DNA from: an uncultured delta proteobacterium
Lineage (GTDB): Bacteria; Desulfobacterota; Binatia; Binatales; Binataceae
Direction of reading: 5' to 3'
Assembly (NCBI GenBank): GCA_963711565.1
Contig: CAVQEQ010000003.1
Span: 160,001-224,000, forward strand
DNA length: 64,000 nt
The notes under the pieces are model-generated. The model was not told where the DNA came from. It did no database searches and saw nothing but the letters and a program-made list of their open reading frames with translations. Below are positions 1-9,859 of this stretch, piece by piece (position 1 is the first letter of the stretch; every line of letters starts with the position of its first letter). Both the position numbers and the translations under genes were made by a program.

Positions 1-633
1 GCGGCCATTTGTGCCGCCGGCCTCTTCGGCACGCAGCCTGCGATCGAGTTCGTAGGCGAACAGAAGGTTGCACAGCTTCGACGTGGTGTACGCGCGCCGC
101 CCCGCCGTTCCATTCGGGTCATCGAGGGGTTTGGAGTCTTCGTCGGGCCGCGCAAGAAATCGCGCGCGCCGGTACATCGGCGGCGGCATCCCGGTCGTCT
201 GCGCGGGATCGTGCGTGCCGCTGCCGACCACGACAATTCGCGCCAGCGGCGCCATCTGCGCGAGCATCAGATTCACCAACAGGAAATGGCCGAGGTGATT
301 GACGGCGAACGTGGTTTCAAAGCCATCCTTTGTATAGGTTCTGCCAGTCACGATTTGAGTAGCGGCGTTGCATACAATCGCGCGCAGCGACGGGCGCGCT
401 TCGGCAGCGTAGTCGCGTGCGAAGTTTCGCACGGACTCGAGCGAGGCAAGGTCGAGCGTCATCGCTTTGATTTTTTTATCTCCGGTTTGCGCGGAGAGCC
501 GCTTGACGGCCTCGCGGCCTTTTTCGGCGCTGCGACAGGCGATGATGACGTGCCAGTCGTGGGTTTCGACGAGCGCGCGGGCGCATTCGAAGCCCAAGCC
601 GGTATTGGCGCCCGTCACGATGGCGGTGTTCAT
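1..633 (-). CDS. Short-chain dehydrogenase/reductase (retinol-DH/protochlorophyllide-reductase-like); C-terminus lies outside the window
   Basis: Not in the ORF track because it has no stop in the window. Manual translation from ATG at 633 gives MNTAIVTGANTGLG (TGxxxGxG), CNAA, VNHLGHFLL and catalytic YTTSK. Confidence 0.9.
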   Translation of the reverse strand, partial: MNTAIVTGANTGLGFECARALVETHDWHVIIACRSAEKGREAVKRLSAQTGDKKIKAMTLDLASLESVRNFARDYAAEARPSLRAIVCNAATQIVTGRTYTKDGFETTFAVNHLGHFLLVNLMLAQMAPLARIVVVGSGTHDPAQTTGMPPPMYRRARFLARPDEDSKPLDDPNGTAGRRAYTTSKLCNLLFAYELDRRLRAEEAGGTNGR

Positions 634-750
634 GCGCGGCGATCATTGCATTCTGGCGAAGTTGAGGGGAGTGGGCGACGGACCGCGCATCCACAGCAGT
701 CAGACCCAACGCTTGCGTCCGCGCGCGCGAAGTTGGAAATTCAGCGTTCG

Positions 751-1878
751 ATGAGAATTGAAACGCAACGCCCTACCGTCGCCGAGATCGATCTCGGCGC
801 GCTGCGCTCGAACTTTCGCGCGCTGCGTGCGGTGGCCACGCACGGCGAATTGATGGTGGTGGTGAAGGCCGACGCGTACGGGCATGGCGCGGTGACGGTC
901 GCGCGCACGTTGCTCGACGAAGGATGCCGGCACTTCGGCGTCGCTACGCTCGACGAGGCGCGCGAGCTGCGCGAGGCCGGTATTCGCGCGCGCGTATACT
1001 TGCAGGCGGGCTTTTTCGCCGAGCAGGCAGGCGAAATCGTCGCGCTCGATTTGACCCCATTTGTCTTCGACGCGCCGTTGATCGGAATCCTCGATCGCGC
1101 GGCCGCGGCGGCGGGCCGGAGCGATTTCCCGATTCACCTCAAGATAGACAGCGGCGCGACGCGGCTGGGCGTGATGCCGGTGGATATTCCCGCTGTGATC
1201 GAGGCGGTTCGCAGTGCGTCGGCGGTGCGGCTGGAAGGCGTCTGCACACTGCTCGCCAACGCCGGCGATCCGCAGAGTCCGATCACCGACGCGCAGCTCG
1301 GCGTTTTCAACAAGGCAATCGAAACTCTGAAAACGGCCGGGATGAGGCCATCGTTGATCCACGTCGCGAATTCGGCGGCGCTGGTGCTGCGCTACGATTC
1401 GCACTTCAACCTCGCGCGGCCGGGACTGGCGGTCTACGGTCTGCCGCCGGTGGCCGCCGTCCGCGAGCGAGTCGAGCTGCGGCCCGTCATGACGTTCAAG
1501 ACGCGGCTGATGCAAATCAAGCGCGCGCCGGCCGGCAGCGGCGTGGGCTACGGGCATACGTTCATCGCGCCGCGCGAAAGCCTGATCGGGGTGCTGCCGG
1601 TGGGCTACGCCGACGGCTACCGCAGGGGCCTGCAACACGGCGGCGAGGTGATCGTGCGCGGCGCGCGCGCGCCGGTGGTCGGCGCGGTGTCGATGGACCT
1701 GACGACGATCGACGTCACCGACATCGCGGGCGCGTCGGTCGGCGATGAGGTATTCTTGTGGGGTGAATCCGGCGGCGACGTCATCAGCGTCAACGACGTC
1801 GCGCGCCTGGCGCAGACAATTTCGTACGAGATGCTTTGCACGGTTGGTAAACGAGTGCCCCGCGTGATTCGGAGCTAG
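751..1878 (+). CDS. alr: Alanine racemase
   Basis: VVKADAYGHG PLP-lysine motif, HLKIDSG, GVGYG, PVGYADG, VSMD. Start placed at ATG 751 rather than the track start at 211. Confidence 0.93.
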   Translation: MRIETQRPTVAEIDLGALRSNFRALRAVATHGELMVVVKADAYGHGAVTVARTLLDEGCRHFGVATLDEARELREAGIRARVYLQAGFFAEQAGEIVALDLTPFVFDAPLIGILDRAAAAAGRSDFPIHLKIDSGATRLGVMPVDIPAVIEAVRSASAVRLEGVCTLLANAGDPQSPITDAQLGVFNKAIETLKTAGMRPSLIHVANSAALVLRYDSHFNLARPGLAVYGLPPVAAVRERVELRPVMTFKTRLMQIKRAPAGSGVGYGHTFIAPRESLIGVLPVGYADGYRRGLQHGGEVIVRGARAPVVGAVSMDLTTIDVTDIAGASVGDEVFLWGESGGDVISVNDVARLAQTISYEMLCTVGKRVPRVIRS

Positions 1879-1884
1879 CTGACG

Positions 1885-3453
1885 ATGAAGAGTGAACGGG
1901 TCGTGATCAGGCGCGCGCTGTTGGGCGTTTCGGACAAGTCGGGTCTCGCGGATTTTGCCAGGACGCTCGAGCGGCACGGCCTCGAAATCGTATCGACCGG
2001 GGGCACGGCCGCAGCTCTCCAAAAGGCCGGCGTGAAAGTCCGAACGGTCGAGAATTTTACCGGCCTGCCCGAGATGCTTGACGGGCGCGTAAAGACGCTG
2101 CATCCGAAAATCCACGGCGGCATCCTCGCTCGGCGCGCCGACCAGAACCATCAGCGCCAGATGCAGCAGCACAGCATCGAGCCGATCGACCTCGTGGTAG
2201 TCAATTTCTATCCATTTGAAAAAACGGTGGCTGCATCGCATGTGAGGCTGGAAGACGCGATCGAGAATATCGACATCGGCGGGCCCACGCTGGTGCGCGC
2301 CGCCGCGAAAAATCACGACGACGTCGCGGTCGTCGTCGACGTCGCCGACTACGCGCAGGTTGCCGCGGAACTGGACGCAAACCAGGGAGCGATCACCGCG
2401 GAGACGCGCTGGCGGCTGGCGCGCAAGGCGTTTGCTCGCGTGGCGGCGTACGACGCGGCGATCGCGAACTATCTCGGCAGGCACGCGGGAGACGGCAAAG
2501 CTCCCGCGCTCGGCGAGACCTTCAGCCTTTCGTTCGAGCGCGAGCAGATGCTGCGCTATGGCGAGAACCCGCATCAGTCGGGCGCGCTCTACGGCCACTT
2601 CCTCGAGCTCGCGCATCAGCTTCACGGCAAGGAGTTGTCGTTCAACAACGTCGTCGATATCAGCTCGGCGATGAACCTGATGCTCGAGTTCGAGCACGAG
2701 CCACGCGCGGTGGTTGCGATTCTCAAGCACAACACGCCGTGCGGCGTGGGCGTCGCCGACACGCTCAAAGGGGCGTGGGACAAGGCGTTCGCAACCGATC
2801 CGGACTCGCCGTTCGGCGGCATCATCATCACCAACCGCCCATGGGACATGGAGTTCGCGCGCGCCGTCAATGAACTGTTCACCGAAGTGCTGATTGGTCC
2901 CTCGTATCCGGAGGAGGTGATCGCCTTCCTGCGCAAGAACAAGAATCGGCGCGTGATGACGTTCGATTCGAAGGCGGTGGATCGCGACGAGCTCGACGTT
3001 AAGAAAGTGCTGGGCGGATTGCTCGTGCAGACGCCAGATCTGACGATCGAAGATCCGCGCAAGGGCAAAGTGGTGACGCGGCGCGCGCCCAGCGACGCCG
3101 AGATGCGCGCGATGACGTTCGGCATCAAGGTCTGCAAGCACATCAAGTCCAACGCGATCGCGTTCGTCACTGAGGATCGCACGCTGGCGGTCGGCGGCGG
3201 CGCGACCTCGCGAATCGATCCGGTGTACGCGGCGCGCGAGAAGGCGGCGCGACTCAAGGTCGCGCTCGAAGGTTCCGTGCTCGTGTCGGAGGCGCTGTTT
3301 CCATTTCCCGACGGCCCGACGCTCGCGGCCGAGGCCGGCGCGACGGCGATTGCGCAACCCGGCGGCTCGTTGCGCGACGACAAAGTGATCGAAGCGGCCG
3401 ACAGGTTCGGGCTCGCGATGGTCTTCACCGGGGTGCGCCACTTCAGGCATTAG
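1885..3453 (+). CDS. purH: Bifunctional IMP cyclohydrolase / AICAR transformylase
   Basis: STGGTA, GRVKTLHP, IDIGGPT, LRYGENPHQ, KHNTPCG, KSNAI, TGVRHFRH motifs. Confidence 0.97.
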   Translation: MKSERVVIRRALLGVSDKSGLADFARTLERHGLEIVSTGGTAAALQKAGVKVRTVENFTGLPEMLDGRVKTLHPKIHGGILARRADQNHQRQMQQHSIEPIDLVVVNFYPFEKTVAASHVRLEDAIENIDIGGPTLVRAAAKNHDDVAVVVDVADYAQVAAELDANQGAITAETRWRLARKAFARVAAYDAAIANYLGRHAGDGKAPALGETFSLSFEREQMLRYGENPHQSGALYGHFLELAHQLHGKELSFNNVVDISSAMNLMLEFEHEPRAVVAILKHNTPCGVGVADTLKGAWDKAFATDPDSPFGGIIITNRPWDMEFARAVNELFTEVLIGPSYPEEVIAFLRKNKNRRVMTFDSKAVDRDELDVKKVLGGLLVQTPDLTIEDPRKGKVVTRRAPSDAEMRAMTFGIKVCKHIKSNAIAFVTEDRTLAVGGGATSRIDPVYAAREKAARLKVALEGSVLVSEALFPFPDGPTLAAEAGATAIAQPGGSLRDDKVIEAADRFGLAMVFTGVRHFRH

Positions 3454-3464
3454 CGGGTCGCGCA

Positions 3465-4772
3465 ATGAAAGTACTGGTCATCGGGAAAGGCGGGCGCGAG
3501 CACTCGCTGGTCTGGCGGCTCCATCAGAGCGAGACGGTGTGGAAGATCTTCTGCGCGACTGGAAATCCGGGAATCGATCAGATCGCGGAGGCCGTGCCGA
3601 TCGCGCCGACTGATGTTGCAGCACTTTTGGAATTCGCAAAATCGAAGTCGATCGATTTGACAGTAGTGGGTCCGGACGACGTACTCCCAACCGGAATTGT
3701 CGATCACTTCACGCGCGCGGGACTGAAGATCTTCGGGCCGACGGCAGCCGCGGCGCAGCTCGAAAGCAGCAAGTCGTTCGCCAAGACGATCATGCGCGAG
3801 GCGGGCGTACCGACCGCCGACTTCGAAGCATTCGACGACGCGGCCTCCGCACTGCGCTACGTGAAATCGCGCAAGGGATCGATGGTCGTCAAGGCGGACG
3901 GACTCGCGCTCGGAAAAGGAGTGATCATCTGCCACGACACGACGGCGGCTCTAGAAGCTGTCACGGACGCGATGGAACGTCGGCGCTTCGGCGCGGCGGG
4001 CAATCGCGTCGTCATCGAGGAATTTCTGACCGGCGAAGAAATTTCGTTCTTCGCGCTCTGCGACGGCGAGCACGCGGTCCCGCTCGGTACCTTCCAGGAT
4101 CACAAGGCAATCTTCGACGGCGATCGCGGGCCTAACACCGGCGGGATGGGAGCGTATTCGCCGGTGCCGCAGTTCGGTCCCGCAATGGAAGCTCGCGTAA
4201 TGCGCGAAGTAGTTAACCCGACGCTGGCGGCGATGAACGCGCGCGGGATTCCATTCCGCGGATTGCTCTTCGTCGGGCTCATGATCGACGGCGAGCGAAT
4301 CAACGTGCTCGAATTCAACGCGCGGTTCGGCGATCCGGAATGCGAAGCCCTGATGATGCGGCTGGAGAGCGACCTCGCGGAAAACCTGCTCGCCGCCGCC
4401 GAAGGCAACGTCGCGAATGCAGCGATCAGGCTCTCGCCGCGGAGCGCCGTCGCCGTCGTGCTCGCGTCGGGCGGATATCCGGGCGAATACAAAAAGGGAA
4501 TTGCGATTCGCGGGCTGGACAAGCTCGAAGGCAACGTCCCGTCCGACATCAAAATTAATTGGGCGATGAAAAAAATTCGCGTGAAAGTTTTCCACGCGGG
4601 CACCGCTATGCGCGACCAACAGTTGGTAACGGACGGCGGGCGCGTGCTGACGGTGACCGCGATGGCGCCGGAGCTGGCGACGGCGGTCGATGCGGCATAC
4701 GAGGCGGCAGAGATGATCGAGTTCGAGGGGCGTCACTTCCGGCGCGACATCGCGCGGCGCGCGCTGGGATAA
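3465..4772 (+). CDS. purD: Phosphoribosylamine--glycine ligase
   Basis: GGREH, VVKADGLALGKGV, GPNTGGMGAYSP, EFNARFGDPE, GGRVL; directly follows purH. Confidence 0.97.
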   Translation: MKVLVIGKGGREHSLVWRLHQSETVWKIFCATGNPGIDQIAEAVPIAPTDVAALLEFAKSKSIDLTVVGPDDVLPTGIVDHFTRAGLKIFGPTAAAAQLESSKSFAKTIMREAGVPTADFEAFDDAASALRYVKSRKGSMVVKADGLALGKGVIICHDTTAALEAVTDAMERRRFGAAGNRVVIEEFLTGEEISFFALCDGEHAVPLGTFQDHKAIFDGDRGPNTGGMGAYSPVPQFGPAMEARVMREVVNPTLAAMNARGIPFRGLLFVGLMIDGERINVLEFNARFGDPECEALMMRLESDLAENLLAAAEGNVANAAIRLSPRSAVAVVLASGGYPGEYKKGIAIRGLDKLEGNVPSDIKINWAMKKIRVKVFHAGTAMRDQQLVTDGGRVLTVTAMAPELATAVDAAYEAAEMIEFEGRHFRRDIARRALG

Positions 4773-4777
4773 TAGCG

Positions 4778-5368
4778 ATGTCGCAAATTCAGGATGGAAT
4801 TGCGGCGTTGCAAGCCGGCGAGCTGGTCGTCTATCCGACTGAGACGTTCTATGCGATCGGCGCCGACGCGTTTTCATCCGTCGCCCTGCAGCGCCTGTTC
4901 CGAGTGAAAGGGCGCGAGCCCGGACGACCCGTTGGATTAATCGCGGCGGACACCGCGATGGCATTTTCGGTAGCGCGCGAAATACCGAGCGTCGCGCGGC
5001 GGCTCGCGGACGCATTTTGGCCGGGACCCTTGACCATCGTTATGCCGGCGCGCGACGAAATTGCACCCGAGCTGACGGGAGCCGACGGCGTCGGCGTGCG
5101 CGTATCGCCCAATCCGGTCGCACGCGCACTCAGCGCCGGACTCGGGCGGCCGATCACGGCGACCAGCGCAAACCTGAGCCGAGAACCGCCGGCCAGCGAG
5201 CTTGAAGACGCGCGCGCCGGGTTGGGTGAAAAAGTTAATGTTTACCTTGAAGGTGGAAAATTGACGGCGCCGGCGCCAAGCACGGTGGTGGTAGTCAGCG
5301 AGAGCGGGTGGAACATGGTGCGCGTGGGAGCGATTTCAGAAAATCAGATCGCGGCGGCGTTGAAGTGA
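4778..5368 (+). CDS. tsaC: L-threonylcarbamoyladenylate synthase (YrdC/Sua5 family)
   Basis: YPTETFYAIG, KGR, FWPGPLT, TATSANLS, PSTVV. ATG at 4778 just after the purD stop. Confidence 0.92.
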   Translation: MSQIQDGIAALQAGELVVYPTETFYAIGADAFSSVALQRLFRVKGREPGRPVGLIAADTAMAFSVAREIPSVARRLADAFWPGPLTIVMPARDEIAPELTGADGVGVRVSPNPVARALSAGLGRPITATSANLSREPPASELEDARAGLGEKVNVYLEGGKLTAPAPSTVVVVSESGWNMVRVGAISENQIAAALK

Positions 5369-6660
5369 GCGGGCTCAGCAAGCGAATCGAGCCGTTTCGC
5401 GCCCTGATGTACAACCGCCAAATCACGGGCGACCCGGCGCGGGTCGTCGCGCCGCCGTACGATTTGATCGGCGTCGCGCGTCAGAATCAACTCTACGAGC
5501 GCAGTCCGTACAACATCGTGCGGCTCGAACTCGGACGCGAGGCCGATCGCTACGGCGCGGCGGAGAAAACGCTCGCGGAGTGGATGGCGGCGCGAGTCGT
5601 CGAGCGATCGGCGCGTCCCGCAATTTTTCAATACACACAGACTTTTGACGTTGAGGGCCGGCTGCTGCATCGCGCCGGATTCATCGCGCGCGTTCGGCTC
5701 GAGGAATTCGATCGCGGGCGCATCCTGCCGCACGAGAAAACTTTCCCCGCCGCGAAGGAGGATCGCTTACGCCTGCTGACCGCGCTGCAGATCAACACGA
5801 GCTCGATCTTCGGGCTGTACTCCGGAACGCATCCCGAGCTTGATCGATTGCGCGAGCAGGTCGCCGCGCGCGAGCCGCTGATCGATCTCGTTAACGACCT
5901 GGGAATCCGCAACGAGCTCCGGCCGCTTGAAGCGGCCGACGAAATCGCGATCGTTCAGCGCGAACTTGAAGCGCCGCGCATTTTGATCGCCGACGGACAC
6001 CATCGCTACGAAACCGCGCTGGACTATCGCCGCGCGCGGCGGCATGAGAATGAGTCGAGTGAGCCCGCGCCGTACGACTATACGATGATGACCCTGGTCG
6101 CATGCGACGATCCGGGGTTGGTGATCCTGCCGACGCACCGGGTCGTGAAATCGCTGCCCGCCAATGCGATCGTGTCGTTCGTGCAGCGCGCACGCGAAGT
6201 TTTCAACATCGAGGAAATTGGGCATCGCGACGAATTTCGCGCGCGCCTGAGCGACTCCGGCAGCGGCGCCATCGGCGTGGCATTGAAAGGTAGTCCAACC
6301 TACTTGATTTTGCTGTTGCTCGACGGCACTGCGATGAAGGCCGCGATGCCCGACGCGCCGGAGGAGGTGCGGCGCCTCAACGTCTCGATTCTGCACGCGC
6401 TCGTGTTCGATCGAATTTTCGGCTTGAAGGCGGACGAGATTCGCAAAGGCGGAAATATCGAATACACGATTGAAATCGGCGGCGCGCTCGGCGCGGTCGG
6501 AGATGGACACGCTGACGGCGCGTTCCTGATGAATCCGCCGTCCATTCGGGACGTCGAGCGGGTTAGCGACGCGGGTGCGACGATGCCCGAGAAATCGACC
6601 TACTTCCATCCCAAGCTGCTCACCGGCCTGGTGATGAATCCGCTCTTCGACGGCAAATGA
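5365..6660 (+). CDS. DUF1015 family protein (ParB/Srx-like core)
   Basis: APPYDLI, ILPHEKT, IADGHHRYETA, ILPTHR, MPEKSTYFHPK. GTG start overlaps the tsaC stop (GTGA). Confidence 0.88.
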   Translation: MSGLSKRIEPFRALMYNRQITGDPARVVAPPYDLIGVARQNQLYERSPYNIVRLELGREADRYGAAEKTLAEWMAARVVERSARPAIFQYTQTFDVEGRLLHRAGFIARVRLEEFDRGRILPHEKTFPAAKEDRLRLLTALQINTSSIFGLYSGTHPELDRLREQVAAREPLIDLVNDLGIRNELRPLEAADEIAIVQRELEAPRILIADGHHRYETALDYRRARRHENESSEPAPYDYTMMTLVACDDPGLVILPTHRVVKSLPANAIVSFVQRAREVFNIEEIGHRDEFRARLSDSGSGAIGVALKGSPTYLILLLLDGTAMKAAMPDAPEEVRRLNVSILHALVFDRIFGLKADEIRKGGNIEYTIEIGGALGAVGDGHADGAFLMNPPSIRDVERVSDAGATMPEKSTYFHPKLLTGLVMNPLFDGK

Positions 6661-7278
6661 TTCGCGGGCCGCGCTTGATCCTTGTTCGCCACGGCGAGAC
6701 CGAAGGCGAATCGAGCATCAGGTATCACGGCCGCACTGATGTGCCGCTATCGGAACTCGGGCGCGCGCAGATGCGCCTTGCGGGCCGCGCGATCGAGATG
6801 CGCCGGGGCGACAGAAACTTCGTGCGCGTTTTTTCGAGTCCGCTCGTTCGTGCATCAGAAGGCGCGCGAATCGTCAGCCGGCGACTCGGCGCCGCTCGTC
6901 ACGATCGACGAATTCGCCGAAGTGCACTTTGGATTGTTCGAAGGACTGACCGCGGACGAGATTCGCGAGCGTTACCCCAACGAGTTCGCGCTATGGAACG
7001 CCGACCGGCTCGCGCCCACCTACGCTTATCCCGCGGGCGAGAGCCGCGCCGACTTTACCAATCGCGTCGAGCGCGGGCTCGAACGCGTGCTGGCTCTGTG
7101 GACGCCGCGCGACAACGACGCGCTGATAGTCGCGCATCGCGGCGTGATTCGCGCGATCGTGCGGAAGCTCACGCGTGCGGAGCCGATTGTCGAGCTCGGC
7201 TCGATTCAGATTCTCCGGTTCGACGGCGGCTGGCATGCCGAGGCGATCGATCTTGTCGATCACCTCGACGGCGGATGA
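6657..7278 (+). pseudogene. Histidine phosphatase family protein with a one-base frameshift near 6876
   Basis: RHGET and SSPLVRA are in one frame (ORF 6657); FAEVHFGLFEG, GES and VAHRGVIR are in another (ORF 6682..7278). Deleting one base in atcgtc[a]gccggc restores a continuous ~206 aa protein. Confidence 0.85.
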
Positions 7279-7280
7279 AC

Positions 7281-8063
7281 TCACACACGTCGAAGCACTC
7301 CCATCCAGCGGTAGCGGCACCTGTCGAGCGGCCTGGTGAATGACAAGTCGCAGTACGCGGCGGCCATTTTGAACATCCCGGACGCGAGTGCGGCGAGTTC
7401 CAGCGTGGCGGGAATCGTGTAGCGCACCGGGATCAAATCGCGAGTCGTCACCACGCCGGCGGGAAAGTTGATCGTGCATTCGAGTTCGTAGATCGAATGC
7501 AGCGGCGAGTGCCATGCGATGGGACGATGGAACTCGCGGATGCCGAGCGCAACCCCGGCGGCCTGCGCCGAGCGCTCGCGCCACATCGTGCGCCGCGGCA
7601 CGCGCGGAATCGGATCCTGCCGATCGATATCGATGCAGTACAAGCCGCCGCGTTTGAGCGCGCGGCCCACCGACTTGAGATGCGACAGCAGGCCGCGATT
7701 CTCGACGATCACCGGGAAAGTTTCGGACATAAAGATTGCGGCGTCGAAGGAGCGCTCGGGAAGGGTGAACTTTTCGATTGCCCGGGGGTAGAAGCGAAGA
7801 TTCGCGAGCACGTTCGCTTTGCGGCGCCCAGCTGCGATCATCGTGGGCGAGCGATCGATTCCAACGACCTCTAATCCATCACCCGCCAGCAGACGGCCGT
7901 GAGGCGAGTCGCCGCATGCGATGTCGAGGACGCGACGCGTCGGACTCTTGCGATGCCGCTTCCAGACCTGTTGCAGAAAAACCACTTCAGCCGGAATCTC
8001 GCCGGGACTCTCCAAGTGCGCGCGCCGGAAGATGTCGGGATATTCGTAGATGCTCGGTTCCAT
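7281..8063 (-). CDS. Class I SAM-dependent methyltransferase
   Basis: VLDIACG, GIDRSPTM, LKRGGLYCID. Start placed at MEPSIYEYP. Confidence 0.85.
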   Translation of the reverse strand: MEPSIYEYPDIFRRAHLESPGEIPAEVVFLQQVWKRHRKSPTRRVLDIACGDSPHGRLLAGDGLEVVGIDRSPTMIAAGRRKANVLANLRFYPRAIEKFTLPERSFDAAIFMSETFPVIVENRGLLSHLKSVGRALKRGGLYCIDIDRQDPIPRVPRRTMWRERSAQAAGVALGIREFHRPIAWHSPLHSIYELECTINFPAGVVTTRDLIPVRYTIPATLELAALASGMFKMAAAYCDLSFTRPLDRCRYRWMGVLRRV

Positions 8064-8179
8064 CGGCGACGAGCGTACCGGCGGCGCGCTTCGAGATCGA
8101 CGCTTGAGATTTCGCGGCGAACGGCGGGATAATGCCCGCGCATCCGAGTTCCTGAACGACCGTTTAGGGGTTAGTCGCA

Positions 8180-9391
8180 ATGAGCAAGCCGCTCGAAGGA
8201 ATCAGGGTCGTCGAGATCGCGCAGGAAATCCAGGGACCGTTCGCGTCGCTGATCCTGGCCGACATGGGCGCGGACGTCGTCAAGGTTGAGAACAAGGAAA
8301 CCGGCGATCTGAGCCGGTGGATGCTGGCTGCGCTGATTGGCGGCCCGGACGTGAAGAACGCGACGGTGTCGCATTACTTTATCGCGATGAATCGCGGCAA
8401 ACGGAGCATCACCGCCGATCTGAAAAAGCCCGACGCGATCGAGATGGTGCGCCGGATGGTGAAATCGTACGACGTGCTCGTCACCAACTATCGCCCCGGC
8501 GTGCTCGACCGGCTCGGGCTCGGCTACGACGACGTGCGCAAGATAAATCCGCGCATCGTGTATGCGCAGGGTAGTTCGTGGGGACCCCGCGGACCGTGGG
8601 TGACGCGACCGAGCCGCGACACGCTCGCGCAGGCGGCGAGCGGCGTGATGGCGAAGACGGGGATGCCTGACGACCCGCCGCTGGCGGCGGGAATGTTCAT
8701 TGCGGATCATTCGGGCGCGCTGAGTCTCGCGAGCGGAGTGCTGGCGGCGCTGTTCGCGCGCGAGCGCACCGGCAAGGGGCAGAAGGTTGACGCCTCGATT
8801 TACGGCACGATGATCGCGATGCAGGGAATGGAGATCAATTACACATCGATCACCGGCGTCGAGCCCGAGCGCGCGGGCCGCGGGCATCAGTTTTTGCGCG
8901 GCGTGTGGGGCGCGTTCCCCACTCGCGATGGTTACGTCTGTATCGCGGGCGTGGACGAGAAGCGCTGGCCGTCGTTCTGCAAGATCGTCGGGATTCAGCA
9001 CCTGGAGAAAGATCCCGAGTATTCGGACAACGTCATTCGTAATTTTCACGGCGACAAGATTCAGAAAGTGCTCGACGAGATCTTTCCCACGAAGACGAGC
9101 AAGGAGTGGCTCAAGGAACTCACCGACGCCGACATCCTCGCGACCGAGGTCGTCGATTACCGCGCGATGCTGAAGAGCGAGCAGGCGCGCGTGAATGGAT
9201 ACCTGCTCGAACTCGACCATCCGGTGGCGGGCAAGGTGCTGGTGTCGGGCACGCCGATAACGATCAACGGCGAAGTCACGACGATGGCGGAGGCTGCGCC
9301 CGAGCACGGGCAGCATACCGAGGAAGTGCTGCTCGAACTTGGCTACTCGTGGGAAGAGATCGGCGCGCTGCGCGACAGCGGCGCCGTGTAA
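8180..9391 (+). CDS. Family III CoA transferase (CaiB/BaiF)
   Basis: PLEGIRVVE, LADMGADVVKVE, NRGKRSI, NYRPG, APEHGQHTEEVL. Confidence 0.93.
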   Translation: MSKPLEGIRVVEIAQEIQGPFASLILADMGADVVKVENKETGDLSRWMLAALIGGPDVKNATVSHYFIAMNRGKRSITADLKKPDAIEMVRRMVKSYDVLVTNYRPGVLDRLGLGYDDVRKINPRIVYAQGSSWGPRGPWVTRPSRDTLAQAASGVMAKTGMPDDPPLAAGMFIADHSGALSLASGVLAALFARERTGKGQKVDASIYGTMIAMQGMEINYTSITGVEPERAGRGHQFLRGVWGAFPTRDGYVCIAGVDEKRWPSFCKIVGIQHLEKDPEYSDNVIRNFHGDKIQKVLDEIFPTKTSKEWLKELTDADILATEVVDYRAMLKSEQARVNGYLLELDHPVAGKVLVSGTPITINGEVTTMAEAAPEHGQHTEEVLLELGYSWEEIGALRDSGAV

Positions 9392-9424
9392 TCCAGGCTG
9401 CCACTTAATTGATGAGGAAAGACT

Positions 9425-9856
9425 ATGGCACTGCCGGCTCGAATCTCTATTGCGACGCTTGGGGTTAGCGACCTCGCGCGCTCGACCAGGTTCTACCTGG
9501 CGCTCGGCTGGGAACTGGCGGCGGGCTCGTCGTCCGAGATCAGCTTCTTCCGCACGGCAGGCGGAGTGCTCGCGCTCTATCCATTCGATCTGCTCGCGAA
9601 AGACGCGATGCTGCCGGTGTCGCGCGCGCAAGGATTCGGCGGAGTCACGCTCGCGATCAATGTCGAGCGGCCTGAAGACGTGCAGCCCGGGCTCGATGTC
9701 GCGAAACTGGCGGGCGCAACAATTCTCAAGCCCGCGATGAAAGCTGAGTGGGGCGGAGTGTCGGGATACTTCGCCGACCCCGACGGCTATCCGTGGGAAG
9801 TCGTGTGGGCGCCCAATTCGAAGTTCAAGCCCGACGGCTCGCTGGATGTAAGTTAA
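9425..9856 (+). CDS. VOC (glyoxalase/bleomycin resistance) family protein
   Basis: TLGVSDLARS, WGGVSGYFADPDGYPWEV. Confidence 0.9.
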   Translation: MALPARISIATLGVSDLARSTRFYLALGWELAAGSSSEISFFRTAGGVLALYPFDLLAKDAMLPVSRAQGFGGVTLAINVERPEDVQPGLDVAKLAGATILKPAMKAEWGGVSGYFADPDGYPWEVVWAPNSKFKPDGSLDVS

Positions 9857-9859
9857 AGC

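Noticed and set aside
211-750. Apparent 180-aa N-terminal extension of Alr
   Set aside because: Most of this stretch is the antisense of the SDR gene; Alr homology starts at ATG 751.
700-3465. 921-aa antisense ORF, and similar long ones such as 8171..11596, 12097..13692 and 21886..23718
   Set aside because: They shadow well-supported genes on the opposite strand. High-GC codon bias suppresses antisense stops, and the translations are Arg/Ala-rich with no motifs.
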